Origin: the human T2T-CHM13v2.0 reference genome, Homo sapiens
Length of the DNA stretch: 64,000 bases
Assembly (NCBI RefSeq): GCF_009914755.1
Contig: NC_060934.1
Direction: 5' to 3' (one strand)
Shown here: one piece after another, positions 14,011-27,845 of the stretch
How positions within the stretch are numbered: the stretch's first letter is position 1
Layout: every line of letters begins with the position of its first letter
Position numbers and translations under genes: made by a program
The notes under the pieces: model-generated
Databases searched by the model: none
Told to the model about the DNA's origin: nothing
What the model saw: the letters and a program-made list of their open reading frames with translations, nothing else

Positions 14011-15067
14011 TCACACAGAACAGGTCAGGACAAAGCTTTTTGACAACGTGATTAAAACCATTAAGCTCTCTCTCCAGAAGAATATGCATACGGACATAAA
14101 TACAAAAATCTAGATGTCTTCTTTACAGTTTTCATATATTCCCTAAAGTCCTTCTTCTAAATAGATCAAGAGCCTCCAACTGTAAAGACTGAATGATCCA
14201 ATGTCATTCAGGACCTTCTTGGAAATAGTTTTCTATCAGGACTTGAGAGACTGCAGATGGGAGAGTTGAGGGCCCTAGCTGATAGCAGAATATGGGGTAT
14301 AGATGTGCTAGGTTTCAGATGAAGGGCAGATACATGAGCTTGTACAGTCAGGTAAGATATGGGACAGACTGGGGCCCTTTCATGAAAGTTGAGGACAATT
14401 GCTAAGTGAGTGGTCACTCTCACCTCACATGCTGAGAAGTTGGCCAGGGAACATCTACGGTGTCTGTTCCAACACATGATGAAAGAGTGATTGAGGGCCC
14501 AAAGTATTTTTACCTACATAATCATTTTAGTTAGGAAATATTGTTCCAATAGTACAACATGGCCACATGAATGTTCCAATAAAGCAGCCATAGTTTATCT
14601 ACCTTTACATGGAGCTGTTTCCTGGTAATCTATCTAATCTATTGACCTCTCTGCAAATTGTACACCCAGGTGTCTGATTGACTTGACCTATGGCATAGAA
14701 TCAATGCATATGAGGGATTAAAGGTTGGAGGACATCTGACACCTATCAGGGTTTTGATTTTAGAATAGTTGACCTAAAGCTATCCTTTCTGTGCTTCTCA
14801 ATAGAAATGCCAGTTATCTTTTGAAGCCGTATATACTGATCAAGTACAGAGAAGAAACTTTATTTTTTAAATCAGTGACATAAAAGTCAACCAAAGGTAA
14901 TGTGAAGTCATTGGGTTATCACTTAAAAAGAGGTAGGACATCATTAGAACCTAAAGTGTTGGGACACTGGGCTGGCTCCTGACTCTGTCCCTTAGAGTGT
15001 TTTGTGGAGTAGATTCTGAGTAAGCATAGTAACCATGAAACCATATTGAGCTCACAGAGTTTTCCAA

Positions 15068-15210
15068 AAATAATAATGCTGGTAATAGCTAACTGTGTGA
15101 CAGGCACTCTTCGAAGATCTTTGCATGGGTAATATAATTTATTCTGCACACCCCATGAGGTAGGTGCTATTATTATCATCCCTGTGTTATAGATAAAGGA
15201 ACTGGAGCCC
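15068..15210 (-). mobile_element. MIR
   Basis: CCCCATGAGGTAGGTGCTATTATTATCATCCC..TTATAGATAAAGGAACTG. Confidence 0.75.
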
Positions 15211-15409
15211 ACTCTCTTTCCACAAAGTGTGCAAACTCTCTATTTCCGTCAGATTTCTCTACAAGGTGATCAAGGACACTTTTCCATGTGGAAAAGCTGG
15301 ACTACAGTTGACTCACTGTCCTAAGAAGTCAGATAGAAGACTGGATTTATAATTTGGGGTAACAAGTTGTAGCTCTTCTGAAAAAAACAAGATGGATTCA
15401 TAAATCTCT

Positions 15410-15837
15410 TGTAGTGACACTCTGGTGCCCAGCTCATGCCACCTTCAGTCCTGAGGAACATATTTCCCCAGCTGCTGGGAATGCCCCTTCCTGATGGCTC
15501 ATGACTGAGTCCATCCCTGAGCATTTGCCTCCCAGAAGGGGTTATGCCCCACACCAGGGGCAGCCCCCGTCCTATGACCGCTCAAGGCAGGGTGCCAGGG
15601 CCCAGTCCCCATGCCTCAATCTGGGACATCTCTGAAAGGGCATCTCAGCCCCATCGCTTCTTATGAGATCGGCTGAGGTTTCTTTTGAAACTAAATCACA
15701 GTCAGTTTCTCCCTTTGCCCTATCCTGCTGTCCTCATGCCCCATAGGAGTCCTGCTCCCAAGGCACTCCCCAGTGAACATCGTGCAGATGCATTTTGATC
15801 TCAGAATCTGTTTCTTGGGGGGACCTGAACTATGACA
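15410..15837 (+). mobile_element. LTR16-family (ERVL) solo LTR
   Basis: TGTAGTG...ATGACA termini; 5-bp TSD TCTCT/TCTGT (1 mismatch); CCTCAATCTGGGACA..TCTCAGAATCTGTTTCTTGGGG. Confidence 0.8.
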
Positions 15838-17095
15838 TCTGTCTTTGTTTATGATGTACTTTTCTCAATTTTAAATCAGTGAAAGATTACTTTCTCATTG
15901 TATGTAGGATATCTATTAAGTAAACTATTAGTGCCTAGGTCTTTTTTGTTGCATCTCATTGCTGTGTGGAAGAAACACATCTCAAATTGCATTTTGATGA
16001 AATGACCATGAGAATGCTTTGATTTTACCTGGTGGGTTTGTGTTTGTATGCACACACACATACACACACACACAATGACAAAGACATTGATGCAGACTCA
16101 TATAGATATCTACGTGTTTATAAAAAATCAATAATTTTATATAGCTTCATAGATATATGATATAAATATGGAAAAATATAGACCTAAAATAATATTTTAT
16201 ATACATCATCATATAAATGTAAATACAGACAAAATATAGGCGTATGGGCAAAACATAGCCATAGCCATAGACATGGATTGTTGTTGTTATTGTTCTCTTA
16301 GGCCTCCATCTAGATCATGTTTTCAACCAGCACTTTTTTTTTCTTCATTGCTGGTTCTTCACCTTTATTAGGAGGACAGGTAGAGTGAAACTATTCAAAT
16401 ATGACTTAAATCAACTGCCAGGATACCTCAGGGAAGGTTATAATTATATGCTGCTGATGTGCTATGAAAAGCTGCCAAGCCGTGAGTACATCTGTCTTTC
16501 TGAGCCCTTTGTCACTTAGCTTGCTTTGTGTAGAGGTGAGTGTGATAGGAAGCTGGGTGACAGCTTTAGAATGTTTTGAATTTCTCTGTATGAGTACGGT
16601 CTAGGAGCCACTCACTCAGGTGTTTTGCATTAAGATAACACCTAACAACCAGAGATTCTGGGACATGTGAATAAATGTTGGACTTTCACTTGGGTAAACT
16701 CTTTCATTTTTTAAGACAGAGAATGCATACATGGCCAGTATGAACATAGGTCTTGTCCTTGGTGCTTCTGCAGTCTAGACTTTTGTCTGAATTACTTTTT
16801 CAGTGCTGTGCTGGAGATATACAGGTCTAGATACACACCGTTGCCAGTGTCTGAAGTATATATGCTTTATACAGCATATGATAGAAATATCATATTTATG
16901 GCATATGTCAATGAAATAGCCAGCGTGAATGAAAGTGTATAGTCCGAGACAATAGATCAGACTATATTGCTCCTATTAGTCTGCTAGTCAACTGGCCCAA
17001 TCATCATGTATTTAATGACACCTTAATATGCACTCAATACTGGTCCCTGGGAGAGGACAGTATAAGGCAAATATTTTTAGTTAGGATCTCTGATC

Positions 17096-17860
17096 TTAGA
17101 GAAATGCAAATCAAAACCATAATGAGATACCATCTAACACAAGTCAGAGTGGCTAATATTAAAAAGTAAAAGAATAACAGATGCTGATGAGGCTGTGAAA
17201 ATAAAGGAATGCTTATAAATTGTTGGTGGGAGTATAAATTAGTTCAAGTATTGTGGAAGACAGTGTTTAAAAATCACTTAAAAAGAGGTGAAATACTAAA
17301 GACAGAAATACCATTCGACCTAGCAATCTCATTAATGGGTATATATCCAAAGGAATATAAAAATTGTTCTATTATAAAGACACATACATGCGTATGTTCA
17401 TTGCAGCACTCCTCACAATAGCAAAGACACAGAATTGACCTAAATGCCCATCAATGATAGACTGTATAAAGAAAATTTCTTACAAATACACCACATGTAT
17501 TATGGACTACTGTGTAGCCATAAAAAAGAATACGATCATGTCCTCTGCAGGGACATGGATGGAGCTGGAGGCCATTATCCTTAGCAAACTAACATGGGAA
17601 TGGAAGACCAAATACTATATGTTCTCACTTATAAGTGGAAGCTAACTGATGAGAAAACATGGACACATAGAGGGGAACAACAGACTAGGGCCTATTGGAG
17701 GGTGGAGGGTGGGAGGAGGGAGAGGATCAGGAAAAATAACAAATGGATACTAGGCTTAATACCTGGGTGATAACATAATTTGTACAAATGAACCCCCATG
17801 ACACAAGTTTGCCTATGTAACAAACCTTAACATGTACCACTGAACTTAAAAGTTAAAAAT
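17096..17860 (+). mobile_element. 5'-truncated L1 (L1PA13-16-like), inserted in an older L1M fragment
   Basis: Disrupted ORF2 C-terminus; 3' UTR GGGAGGAGGGAGAGGATCAGGAAAAATAAC..ATACCTGGGTGAT..TGAACTTAAAAGTTAAAA. Confidence 0.9.
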
Positions 17861-17906
17861 AGAATTTCTCAGGACATAGAAAGCACTAACTATAAAAGAA
17901 AAATAG

Positions 17907-18221
17907 GGCCAGGTGCGGTGGCTCACGCCCGTAATCCCAGCACTTTGGGAGGCCGAGGCGGGTGGGTCCCCTGAGGTCAGGAGTTTGAGATCAGCCTGGC
18001 AAACATAGTGAAACCCCATCTCTACTAACAAATACAAAAAATTAGCTGGGCGTGGTGGTGCATGCCTGTATTCCCAGCTACTCAGGGGGCTGAGTGAGGA
18101 GAATCGCTTGATACTGGGAGGCGGAGTTTGCAGTGACTCGAGCCTGGGCAACAAGAGCAAAACTCCATCTCAAAAAAAAAAAAAAAAAAAAAAAAAAAAG
18201 AAAAGAAAGAAAAAGAGAAAA
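17907..18221 (+). mobile_element. AluS (Sq-like) with ~20-bp deletion in the right arm
   Basis: GCAGTGA joins directly to CTCGAGCCTGGGCAACAAGAGC; long A tail. Confidence 0.93.
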
Positions 18222-19569
18222 AGGTGTATGAATTTGATGTCATCAAATGATAAAATTTTTGTCTATTCAAAAAAAGGATATCATCTAATCAGATGGTACT
18301 CCCATCTTGGGGATTCCTTAGATATTGAGGGATGTGTGTGTGTACACATACACTTGCACCTGTGTGCACGTGAGAAGGGAAAGATTGGTTGAGGAGAATG
18401 TTCCGCCGTTGCTGAGTTTATTCCATTATTGCCTGATAATATTCTCATAGGTTAAAAGGATGCATATTTAAGACCAAATTAAAAGTGACGGATTAACAAA
18501 TCCAAACTGAAAAATAAGAAACAAATGATAAAATGTGAATGACTTTTTTACATTAAATTGGCTTTGCTTTTAGATAATGGCATAAAACTAGAGATTGAGG
18601 AAGTCATTTTTCATTTCTTCAGATTGTGCCCCAATGACTACACGTCCCTTTACCTTGGTGATGGTCTTCCATTTTTACATTCATCTGTCTTGCTAAGGAT
18701 ACCATTTTGCATTCTCATGAATTATGCTGTGAAAAAAAATTCTCAAACATCTGGGTGGTTTCTTTTTTTGTATTCACATTTCATATTCCATTACTTTCCT
18801 CTGTCATCTCTTCTAGGAATAATGATTTTTTGCTAGCCTAGTTGAATCTTCTTAGGTTTGAACCAACAGTCTTGACTCTTTTGAATGAGTTTAATTTGCA
18901 TTCCTACTTTTTCTTTTTGCCGATTCTTTGAAGATTGCAATCAACTCCTTTTTGCCTTCACTGTACATTTTCGAGTTATTGATTCACTTGCTATGTGGTA
19001 TAAAATGAAGCTTACAAATGCAGTTTCTTTGGTTCCTAAGGTGCTTCCCACCCCTCTTTCAGTTCTCTGTTGTCCCAGCAATCCTAACTCTGCATTCACA
19101 ATATCTTGGCCCATTAGCAGCTAGGACTTGTTTGGGCAGAGTGAACTATATTTCCTTGCTCTAATGAAGCACACAAACTATAACAGCTATCTCCTCAGCA
19201 GGCTGCTCCTGCTAAAGAGGGCAGAGCAAATGTTGCCTTAGAGCAGGGAGCTAAGCTCTGAGGATTTAATGAACTTCAGGATACTGTCTACACAGGACTG
19301 TGGCATTGGTATGAAGCTCAGCGATTCATTTCAGCTGTGTTAGCTGCTCCTGTCTGCACAGGGCCTTTCTGGCCTTTCGAATGGACATTTTTACTCTCCT
19401 GTATGGCTTTTGTTTAGTGGATTAGTGACCTGGATTATGTAGTTGACTATGCTGCCATCATTTAGCACTTTCTGAAATGGAAAACTCACAGATCTTAGAT
19501 GAAGGTCACAGAAATCATTATAAATAGAAATAGGACCTAGAAGCTACCCCTAAATGAAGTTTCTTGAAA

Positions 19570-19800
19570 CAAAGATGTGGGGTTGTGATGTTACACAGAA
19601 TGTTCAGGAATGAGGCCTGGGCCATTATGGCTGTAGTGTGGAGTGGGGGGATTAAGAGTGTGGCTACAGGTCAAGTTTAGAAGCCAGAATCCTACCTGGA
19701 TGTGAAGTTTATAAAACAGTCAGATGGAGAGATCGACTTTATTCTTCAAGCAAATGGGAACCCATTGAAGGCAATGTGATCCTGTTTGTGTTTAGAAGGA
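19570..19800 (-). mobile_element. L2 fragment (resumes at ~23745-24400)
   Basis: GACTTTATTCT..AAATGGGAACCCATTGAAGG..GTGATC..TTTGTGTTTAGAA, resuming after the L1 as ..AAGCAAGAGATGGTGAAGG..AACCAGGG..GGCAGTGG. Confidence 0.6.
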
Positions 19801-22014
19801 TAGGATGAATATGGCTGAGTGAGCTGATGTGAAACAACTTCCCAGCCTTTCACTTCAGCACACAGCCACATCAAAAAAGTATAAAAATGTAAATACCTAC
19901 TTCAGATTCAAAATCAAGAATGGAAGGCCTCAGCTGTCAGAAATGAGGAGGGAACTCAGAGGCAGGGCAGTGAGCAGGAACTGGCATTTAAATGGACCAT
20001 GAGAGAAAGCAATAAAAGATGTAGGCTCTAACTGCTGGCAATTGGAGTTTTAAGCCCATGGGAAAGCAGTTCAGGCCTTACTCTTAGATCTGAGCTACAG
20101 GCACCAAGCCAGGAGTTAGAAAGGGCTGCCTTGTCAATTAAAAAGGAAACAGCAACTGCACACTGGCTCAGAGGATTGATGACAAACTTGCCATATCTCT
20201 GGTGCCATCGGAAAAAGATCACCAAAGCGAAGTTAGAACTCCAGGCTATTGCCACTGCAGATGTAAGGTCTGGATTTATACTATCTATGTGGTGGGGAAC
20301 CCAGTACTGAGAAATTAACATGAAAAATGTCTTGGAATGGGAGAAATGAGTAGGCCTCTGGCAGAGACATCTACAGTCATCACATTGGTACTCTTCCTAA
20401 GAGAACTTGAATAGAAAATAATCCCCACTGAAGGTGAAGTCACACTAAAACAAGTACAAGGCCTGTGAGTAATGAAGTAACACAGAGGGAATTAGGCCCA
20501 ACAAATGGTAGAATGTAGGTTCCAAAAATTAGAAATAATAGAATAATCAGAAACATCAATTCAGGTTATTTAGGATGTTCAAGAACCAGAGAAAGAAGAA
20601 AAACCATAGGATTGTTGTATAACATGTTTTTATAAGCGTATTTTTCAAGTGCTCTTATAAAACTGTAAAAGAGCATTTGAAAATAACAAGAGGCTTTCTA
20701 AAATTAGAACTGCAGTCATTTAAAGAAAAAAGCAAATGGGTTGAGCAATAGATCAAACAGAAAAAAAGGGTGAACTGGAATATTAATCTGAGAAAATGAT
20801 GGAGAATTCAATAACAGAAAGGTAGAGATGAAAAATTTAAGAGAAGAAAAAATGGAGGCTACATTAAAAACACCTCAACATATGTCTAATAAAACTGTCA
20901 GAAGAGAAAATAAAAGATGAGAAAGAAGCAATTTTCAAAGTGAAAATGGTGAGAATATTACAGAACTCAAGTGGTTCCATACTGGTTCCTGAATATGATA
21001 AGTAGATAATAAAATAAAAATATAAACTCACCCAAGACCTACAACTGTGAAAATGTATAATATTAACAGCATAAAGAAAATTTTATCAGCTTCCAGAGAG
21101 GAAGGCAAATCCGTAACAAGGAAGGGATGTTAGATAATACACTTGGCATCTGCAACAGGACATGATGTAAGACAGTAAAATATCTTCAAGGTACAGAGGA
21201 AAATAATTGTCATTGTAGAATACTATACCTAGGATAAAATAAAAGAATAAGCAATGACAAACTTTGACTTAAAAAGAATATGAGTATTTACAACTCTGAA
21301 TTCACAGTTCAAACGTGTCCTTGAGAAAGAAGGAAATTAAATACAGTAAAGAATGATGAATAAATAACATCATAAAAGCAAATGCAAGTAAAAGTAATAT
21401 TGGAAACATTTAACAATGGATATTTAAGAAAAAAGACGCAAAACAGTGATAACAAGGGACATAGGTTGGGAGGGGGAGAGAATTGAGTCCTTGGGTTACT
21501 TGGAAAAACATTAAAGATATTAATTAAATCTAGACTTACTAAAATTAAGATTCCATGTGAAACTTTAAGGGTATTATGAGAAAAGAAGTGGAATGTATAA
21601 TTTGGGAGAGAAATAAAATATAGCATAGAAAATAAAAAGGAATAAGGAAAGTGATTAATTCAATAAAGTGAGGTAAGAAGAAAAAAAGGAAAAGCAAGGT
21701 AAATTCAAAACACAAAATAAAATGACAGTAATAAATATAAACAGGTAAGTAATCACTGTAACTAAATGCTTTAAACATACCTTGTAAAAGACAAAAACCT
21801 TTCACAAATAATCTATAAATTAGTAAGAATTTAACAGTGTCACTAAAATGAAGTTCAATATACAAAAACTAACCATGTTTCTGTAATATGTAATGGCAAC
21901 AATTAAAAATAAATTTTAAAGAAAAAATCACTTACAATAGTATCAAAAAAATTTAATACCAAGGAATAACTCTAATTACAATATGCTGGATAGCAACACA
22001 TGTATCTGCATATG

Positions 22015-22375
22015 CAGATGGTCTCTGACTTAACAGTTCTTTGACTTATGACTTTTTAACTTTACAGTGGTGCAAAAGCAATAAACATTCAGTAGAAACC
22101 ATACTTCAAGTACCCATACAACCATTCTGTTTTTCACTTTCAGTATAGTATTGAATAAATTACATGAGATATTCAACACTTTATTATAAAATCAGCTTTA
22201 TGTTAGATGATTTTCCCAACCGTAGGCCAATGTAAGTGTTCTGAGCACTTTTAAGTTAGGCTAGGCTAAGCTATGATGTTCCATAGGTTAGGTGTGTAAA
22301 ATGCATTGTTGACTTAAGACATTTTCAACTTGTGATAGGTTTATCAATGTAACTCCATTGTAAGTCGAGCATTTA
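22015..22375 (-). mobile_element. MER47A (TcMar-Tigger DNA transposon)
   Basis: CAGATGGTCTCTGACTT..ATTCAGTAGAAACCATACTTCAAGTACCCATACAACCATTCTG..AGGCTAGGCTAAGCTATGATGTTC..GTAAGTCGAG. Confidence 0.88.
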
Positions 22376-23530
22376 TCCATCCATTCATCTATCTGTCTGT
22401 CTATCTACCTACCTACCTACCCTCTTTCTGACTACCTACCTGTCTATCTGTATATATATATATGAAAAGCTATATAGTATATATGTGTAGATATCTATAT
22501 ATACACACACTATATATACTATATATAGATTATATATAGTATATATTCTAGTCCATATACTATATATATATACTCTCTCTATAATATATATACACACACG
22601 CTATATGTACTATATATAGATTATCCTATGTATACTATGTATAATCTATATATATACTATATTATACTATGTATAATCTATATATACTATAGATAATCTA
22701 TATATAGTATATATAGTATAATCTATATATAGTATATATAGTATAATCTATATATAATATATATAGTGTGTATATATAAATTATATAAATATATAGTGTC
22801 TTATATATAATAAATATATAGTGTGTATATATATAATTAATCTATATATAGTATGCTATATATAGTATACTATATTAATCTATAAATATACCATATACAG
22901 TATACTATATTATATATACTATATAATATAGTATTATATAACTATATATACTAATTACACTAATTACTAAATTATAATTACCAAATACTAATTATTATAT
23001 ATACTATATATTATATGGTATATATATTATATAGTATATATACTATACAGTATAGTATACATATCATATAGTATATATACTCTATATAGTATAATAATAT
23101 AGTATATATACTATAGTATATATTATATAATATATATAGTATATATTATATACTATAGTATATATACTATATTATTATACTATATAGAGTATATATACTA
23201 TATGATATGTATACAATATATAATATATATTGTTAATCTCTATATATAATACATAGTACACTATATTATATATACTATATATTATATACACACTATACAT
23301 ACTATATATAGATTATACTATGTATATAGTATACATGTATACTATACATATATACTATACTATACATATACTATGTATATAGTATAATCTATATATAGTA
23401 TAGCGTGTATATATATTATATATAGTATATATAATATAGTATCTATATATAGATTATACATAGCATATATAGTATGTGTATATATTATATATAGAGGGAG
23501 TATGTATATAGTATATGGACTAGAATTATG
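22376..23530. repeat. Short TCCA/TCTG/TACC repeats then ~1.1-kb AT-rich array with nested inverted repeats
   Basis: TATA/TATAG/TATAC units; perfect 68-bp inverted repeat 23055-23122 / 23147-23214. Confidence 0.95.
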
Positions 23531-24119
23531 CATCCAAATTTTGGGGGGCAAGAAAGAAGGGAGTGGGACTGGAGAGGGAAAAAAGGGGAACTCAGTTTTG
23601 GCCAAAATGCTCCATTTCTAAATAGAAACTAAAATTACAGTAAAAGTTACATTATATTAAGATATGTTCATTCTTAGTTATAGGATTTTCTTTAGTCAAG
23701 TGTATTTTAGACTTTTTTAAAAATGCAATTTTAAAAAAGGGAGGAAAGCTAATCCTTACTGCAATGTGAGGATGAGAAAGGGGAAGGGGAAGCTGGAATT
23801 AGATGTACAACTTGGGAAATGACTGCACTCTTCCAAGCAAGAGATGGTGAAGGCAAGAACCAGGGCGATGGCAGTGGGAGACTGGAACATGAATGCTAGA
23901 GACACTCAAGAGGTGGAATTATAAGACCCTGCTGATGGCCTGGATCTGGACAGGGGGAAGTGAGCAGACTCAGGGGATTCTCAGGTTTCTAAACCTGCTT
24001 TCTAAGAGGATGCTGTGCCATATGCTTTCTGAGATGTGGAAATAGAAGAGGTGTGCATTTGGTATAGCAATAACGGGGAGGAATGGAGGATGAAAATATT
24101 ATTTAACACTTAAGCTTGA

Positions 24120-24282
24120 CGGGGTAGTGCATGCCTACAGTCCCAGCTGTTTGGGGGGCTGAGGTGAGGGGATCGCTTGAGCCCAGGAAGTTGAGGCTGC
24201 AGTGAGCTGTGTTTGTGTCACTGCACTCCAGCCTGGGTGACAAAGTAAGACCCTGTCTCAAAACGAAAACAAACAAAAAACC
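24120..24282 (+). mobile_element. Alu right-arm monomer (FRAM/AluJ) in L2
   Basis: GAGCCCAGGAAGTTGAGGCTGCAGTGAGCTG..; TSD CACTTAAGCTTGA (24107-24119) / CACTTAAGTTTGA (24283-24295). Confidence 0.88.
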
Positions 24283-24664
24283 CACTTAAGTTTGAGATAT
24301 TATGGGAAACCCAGCTGGATGTTTCCATAAGACAATTGGAAATACAGATCTGATTTAGTAGACACTTATATTAAGTGATGAAGTTACATATGATTGCTTA
24401 AAAAAGATAATGAAGTAAGAAATGATAATACACATTCCATGCTTTTGCTAGTGTTATGACAGAATATATGTATAATCTATAATTAGTTGTATATACACAG
24501 TCACATTATTACTTCTAGCATGAGTTAGAGTTAATTCATGTGAATGCCTTAAAAACAAAGGATTTACTTTATTTGGTATCTTTGATTGTATTTGGCACAG
24601 GCCATAGTAGGAGCTTGGAATAGGGTTAATAGATGAAATAATGAAACTAATTATTATTGTTTCT

Positions 24665-25525
24665 TTTTTTTTATTTAAAAAAGCTAGCTCTATTGAAATA
24701 GTATAAAATTCACATTACATACAAGTTACTCATTTAAAGTGCACAATTCAGTAGTTTTTGGTGTATTCCCAGAGTTGTGCAACCATCACCACCATCAATC
24801 TTAGAACATTTTCATCACCCCAAAGAGAAACCCTGTGCCCACTGGCTGTGACACCCAACACTGCCTCCCATCAATTTTCTACTCCAGCACTAGTTTACCA
24901 TTCACTTATTTTCTTTCACAGTAGATTTGTCTATTCTAGATAATTTTATAGATGGAATCACGCAGTATGTGGTTTTTTGTGTGTGTGTGATTGGCTTATT
25001 TTACTTAGCATAACATTTTCAAGGTTTCTTCTTGGGTTGTTTCCATTTCTTGGCTATTATGAGTAATGCTGTTATGAACATTCATGTGCAACTTTTTGTG
25101 TGGACCTATGTTTTTCTCTCTTGGGTGTAAACATAGGAAAGGAATTGCTGGGTCTATGGTAACTATGTTTAACCATTGAGGACTGCCTGACTGTTTTCCA
25201 AAGAGGCTACACCATGTTACATGTTCACCAGCAGCATAGAAGGTTTCAAAGTCTCTACATTCTCTGTAGTACTTGTTATTATCTGACTTTTTGATGATAG
25301 CATCCTAGTGTGTGTTAAGTGCTATCTCCTTGTGGTTTGGGTTTGTTTTTCTCTGATGGCTCATCATGTTGAACATCTTGAGCCTATTGGCCATTTGTGT
25401 GTCTTCTTTGGACAACTATCAGCTTCTTTGCCCTTAAAACTAGGTTATTTGTCTTTATATCATTGTAATAATTCTTTATGTATTATATATAAAATTCTCT
25501 TATAAGGTACCTGATTTGCAAAATA
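24665..25525 (-). mobile_element. L1MB-like 3' end
   Basis: CATTTAAAGTGCACAATTCAGT..GAGTTGTGCAACCATCACCAC..AGAACATTTTCATCACCCCAAA..GGAATTGCTGGGTC. Confidence 0.85.
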
Positions 25526-25599
25526 AATAATTCCTTTTTTTGCTATTTTTTTGTTTTGTGTCACTATAGTCCTTTTTATGCACATAAACCTTGTCCTGT

Positions 25600-26060
25600 C
25601 CTATTCTTTTCTTTCTCTCTGTAATTATCTATCTTTAAATAAGATCTTTATGTATGTAATGGTTTGATCCTGTTTTTCTCACTTAAAATTTTATAGTAAA
25701 ATTTTTCCCATATTATTCAAAATATTTGGAAAATATTTATAAAATGGCTATAAATCCTACTATGTAATTTATGTACCATAATGTATTTAATTGTTTTTAT
25801 ATTCTTGCACACTTGTAAAGTATTTTCAATATTGTGGTATTATTATTAAGGGCTAAAACACATGTGTAAATACATGTTGATCCAAATACCTAAGTCTATC
25901 CCTAGAATGGGTTCTAGTTAAGAAGTAGAGTAACTGGGTCCAAGACCATAAACATCTTTCTAGACTGCATGCAAATTGTTTTCCAGAAAGTGCGTCAGTT
26001 CACACTCTTCTAGTAAGTGCCTGTTTCATTATGTCCTTATCAACACTGTGTTATTTTTAA
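25600..26060 (-). mobile_element. L1ME-like fragment
   Basis: TGTACCATAATGTATTTAA..AACTGGGTCCAAG..CAAATTGTTTTCCAGAAAG..CACTC. Confidence 0.55.
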
Positions 26061-27537
26061 TCAAGTAGTAACTGTGTGAACATTTCTCCTTGATGCCCAG
26101 ACCCTGCATTTACTTAATGCTGAGCCCGTAGCTGTCAATTCAGGATGATGCAGTTCGCTCAGGAAGTCATAAGTTCTGACAAAGCTTTCACAGTAGTATA
26201 TCCATGACTTTTTGGTGACTTCAAAATTCACTTAAAGAGACATAAAACAATTACCAGGTCATTAGCAGTCACTTTTTAAAAGGAGCCCCCAAAAAATTAT
26301 CTCTGAGAGAGATGGCTTCTGAGCTGGTGTTTTATTTTGCAGGGCAGGGAGGGGGATGCCAAGAGGAATAGTTGACAAAAAGGAACAATTTAAAGGCAAG
26401 CATTAGAGTTATGGGAGGAATGAGTGGATCATTCTGCTCCTATATCTGGGTAATCTCCTCGAGGGCAGGGACTCCAGCTTACTCCTACAATGTGGGACAC
26501 TTAACAGCACAGACTCCAGATGAGCAGATCAGTGTTGGAATCCAGGTGTTCCTATTTCCTGGCTGAGTGATCTTGGGTCTGCCTTAATTGCACATGAAGC
26601 ACTTAGCACAGCTAAGAGCATGCTAGCTTCTCAATATATGTTAGCTATTTCCCATGACTGTTCACTCAGTATCCCTAACTGGACAGCAAGCATTGGGGAT
26701 GACCCAAACAAGCACTCAACATAAGTATTAAATGAACAAGTTATGGGAAAACTTTTTAAAAATTTGCTTGGAAGAAACGTTTCAGTTTTCTGTAGGATGA
26801 GCCACTCACAATCCACCATTTTAAAATTAATCCTCCTCATGTTTGAAATTGTCCTATGCTCTTATCCAGTTAGGTTTCCTCAGTAAGATTTTACTTTGAA
26901 ATAAACCATTATGTGTAGCATGACATTTTTCTGTTCTTGCAGGGATATGCATTGTTCTTTATTTCTGTTATTTTAAATCATTTAGTAGATAACCAAAAAA
27001 AAAAATCACTTAAGAGTCTGATTTAATCAAGAAGCAGAGGATGAAGTGTGAAAGATCCAGTGTTTTTCTGATCCTCAGTTTTGTTGAAGGCTGCAAAAAG
27101 GTATCAATTAAGTGACCTTTCCAGGTCAGGATTTTATGGCTCTGATAAATTCCCCAGGCTTAGCACTTGTCAGGGAAGACATGCAAGTGAAAATATGAAG
27201 ATTCTTTCTCTCTAACTACATCTTTCCAATGAGTAGATGAGATCATGGATTTGCAAGTGCCTCAAGAAAAGTTTTATAAATCTAAAACATTATTATTATT
27301 ATTATCTTGTTGTGATAACAGCACAAAAAATGAAGAACTTAAAATTGAGGCAAAGGTTTTTTTTTAAAATCATTTTGTAACATCTTACAGCTAGACAGAT
27401 TGTTACAGATTTTGTGGTCCCAAGCTCTCACTTTTACAGATGAAAAAAAAGCATAAAATTGCTTAAGATGACATCATTTAAAACAAAAGTCTTGTTACTC
27501 TACAGAAAGACAGTGGATGGTAAAATTTAATAATTTA

Positions 27538-27845
<308 letters not shown>

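Larger units (their letters stand above)
19805..23740 (+). mobile_element. Ancient L1M(E)/HAL1-like element: 5' UTR, ORF1-like region, short ORF2 piece, 3' end; internally deleted
   Basis: A-rich sense strand with ORF1-like CAACATATGTCTAATA..CAGAAGAG..GAAGCAATTTTCAAAG; ORF2-like 21820-21990; 3'-end-like 23540-23740; interrupted by MER47A and the AT array. Confidence 0.6.

Noticed and set aside
16302-16541. Acceptor at 16301 with donors at 16481 and 16535
   Set aside because: Stops in all three frames and no other support; a non-coding exon cannot be excluded.
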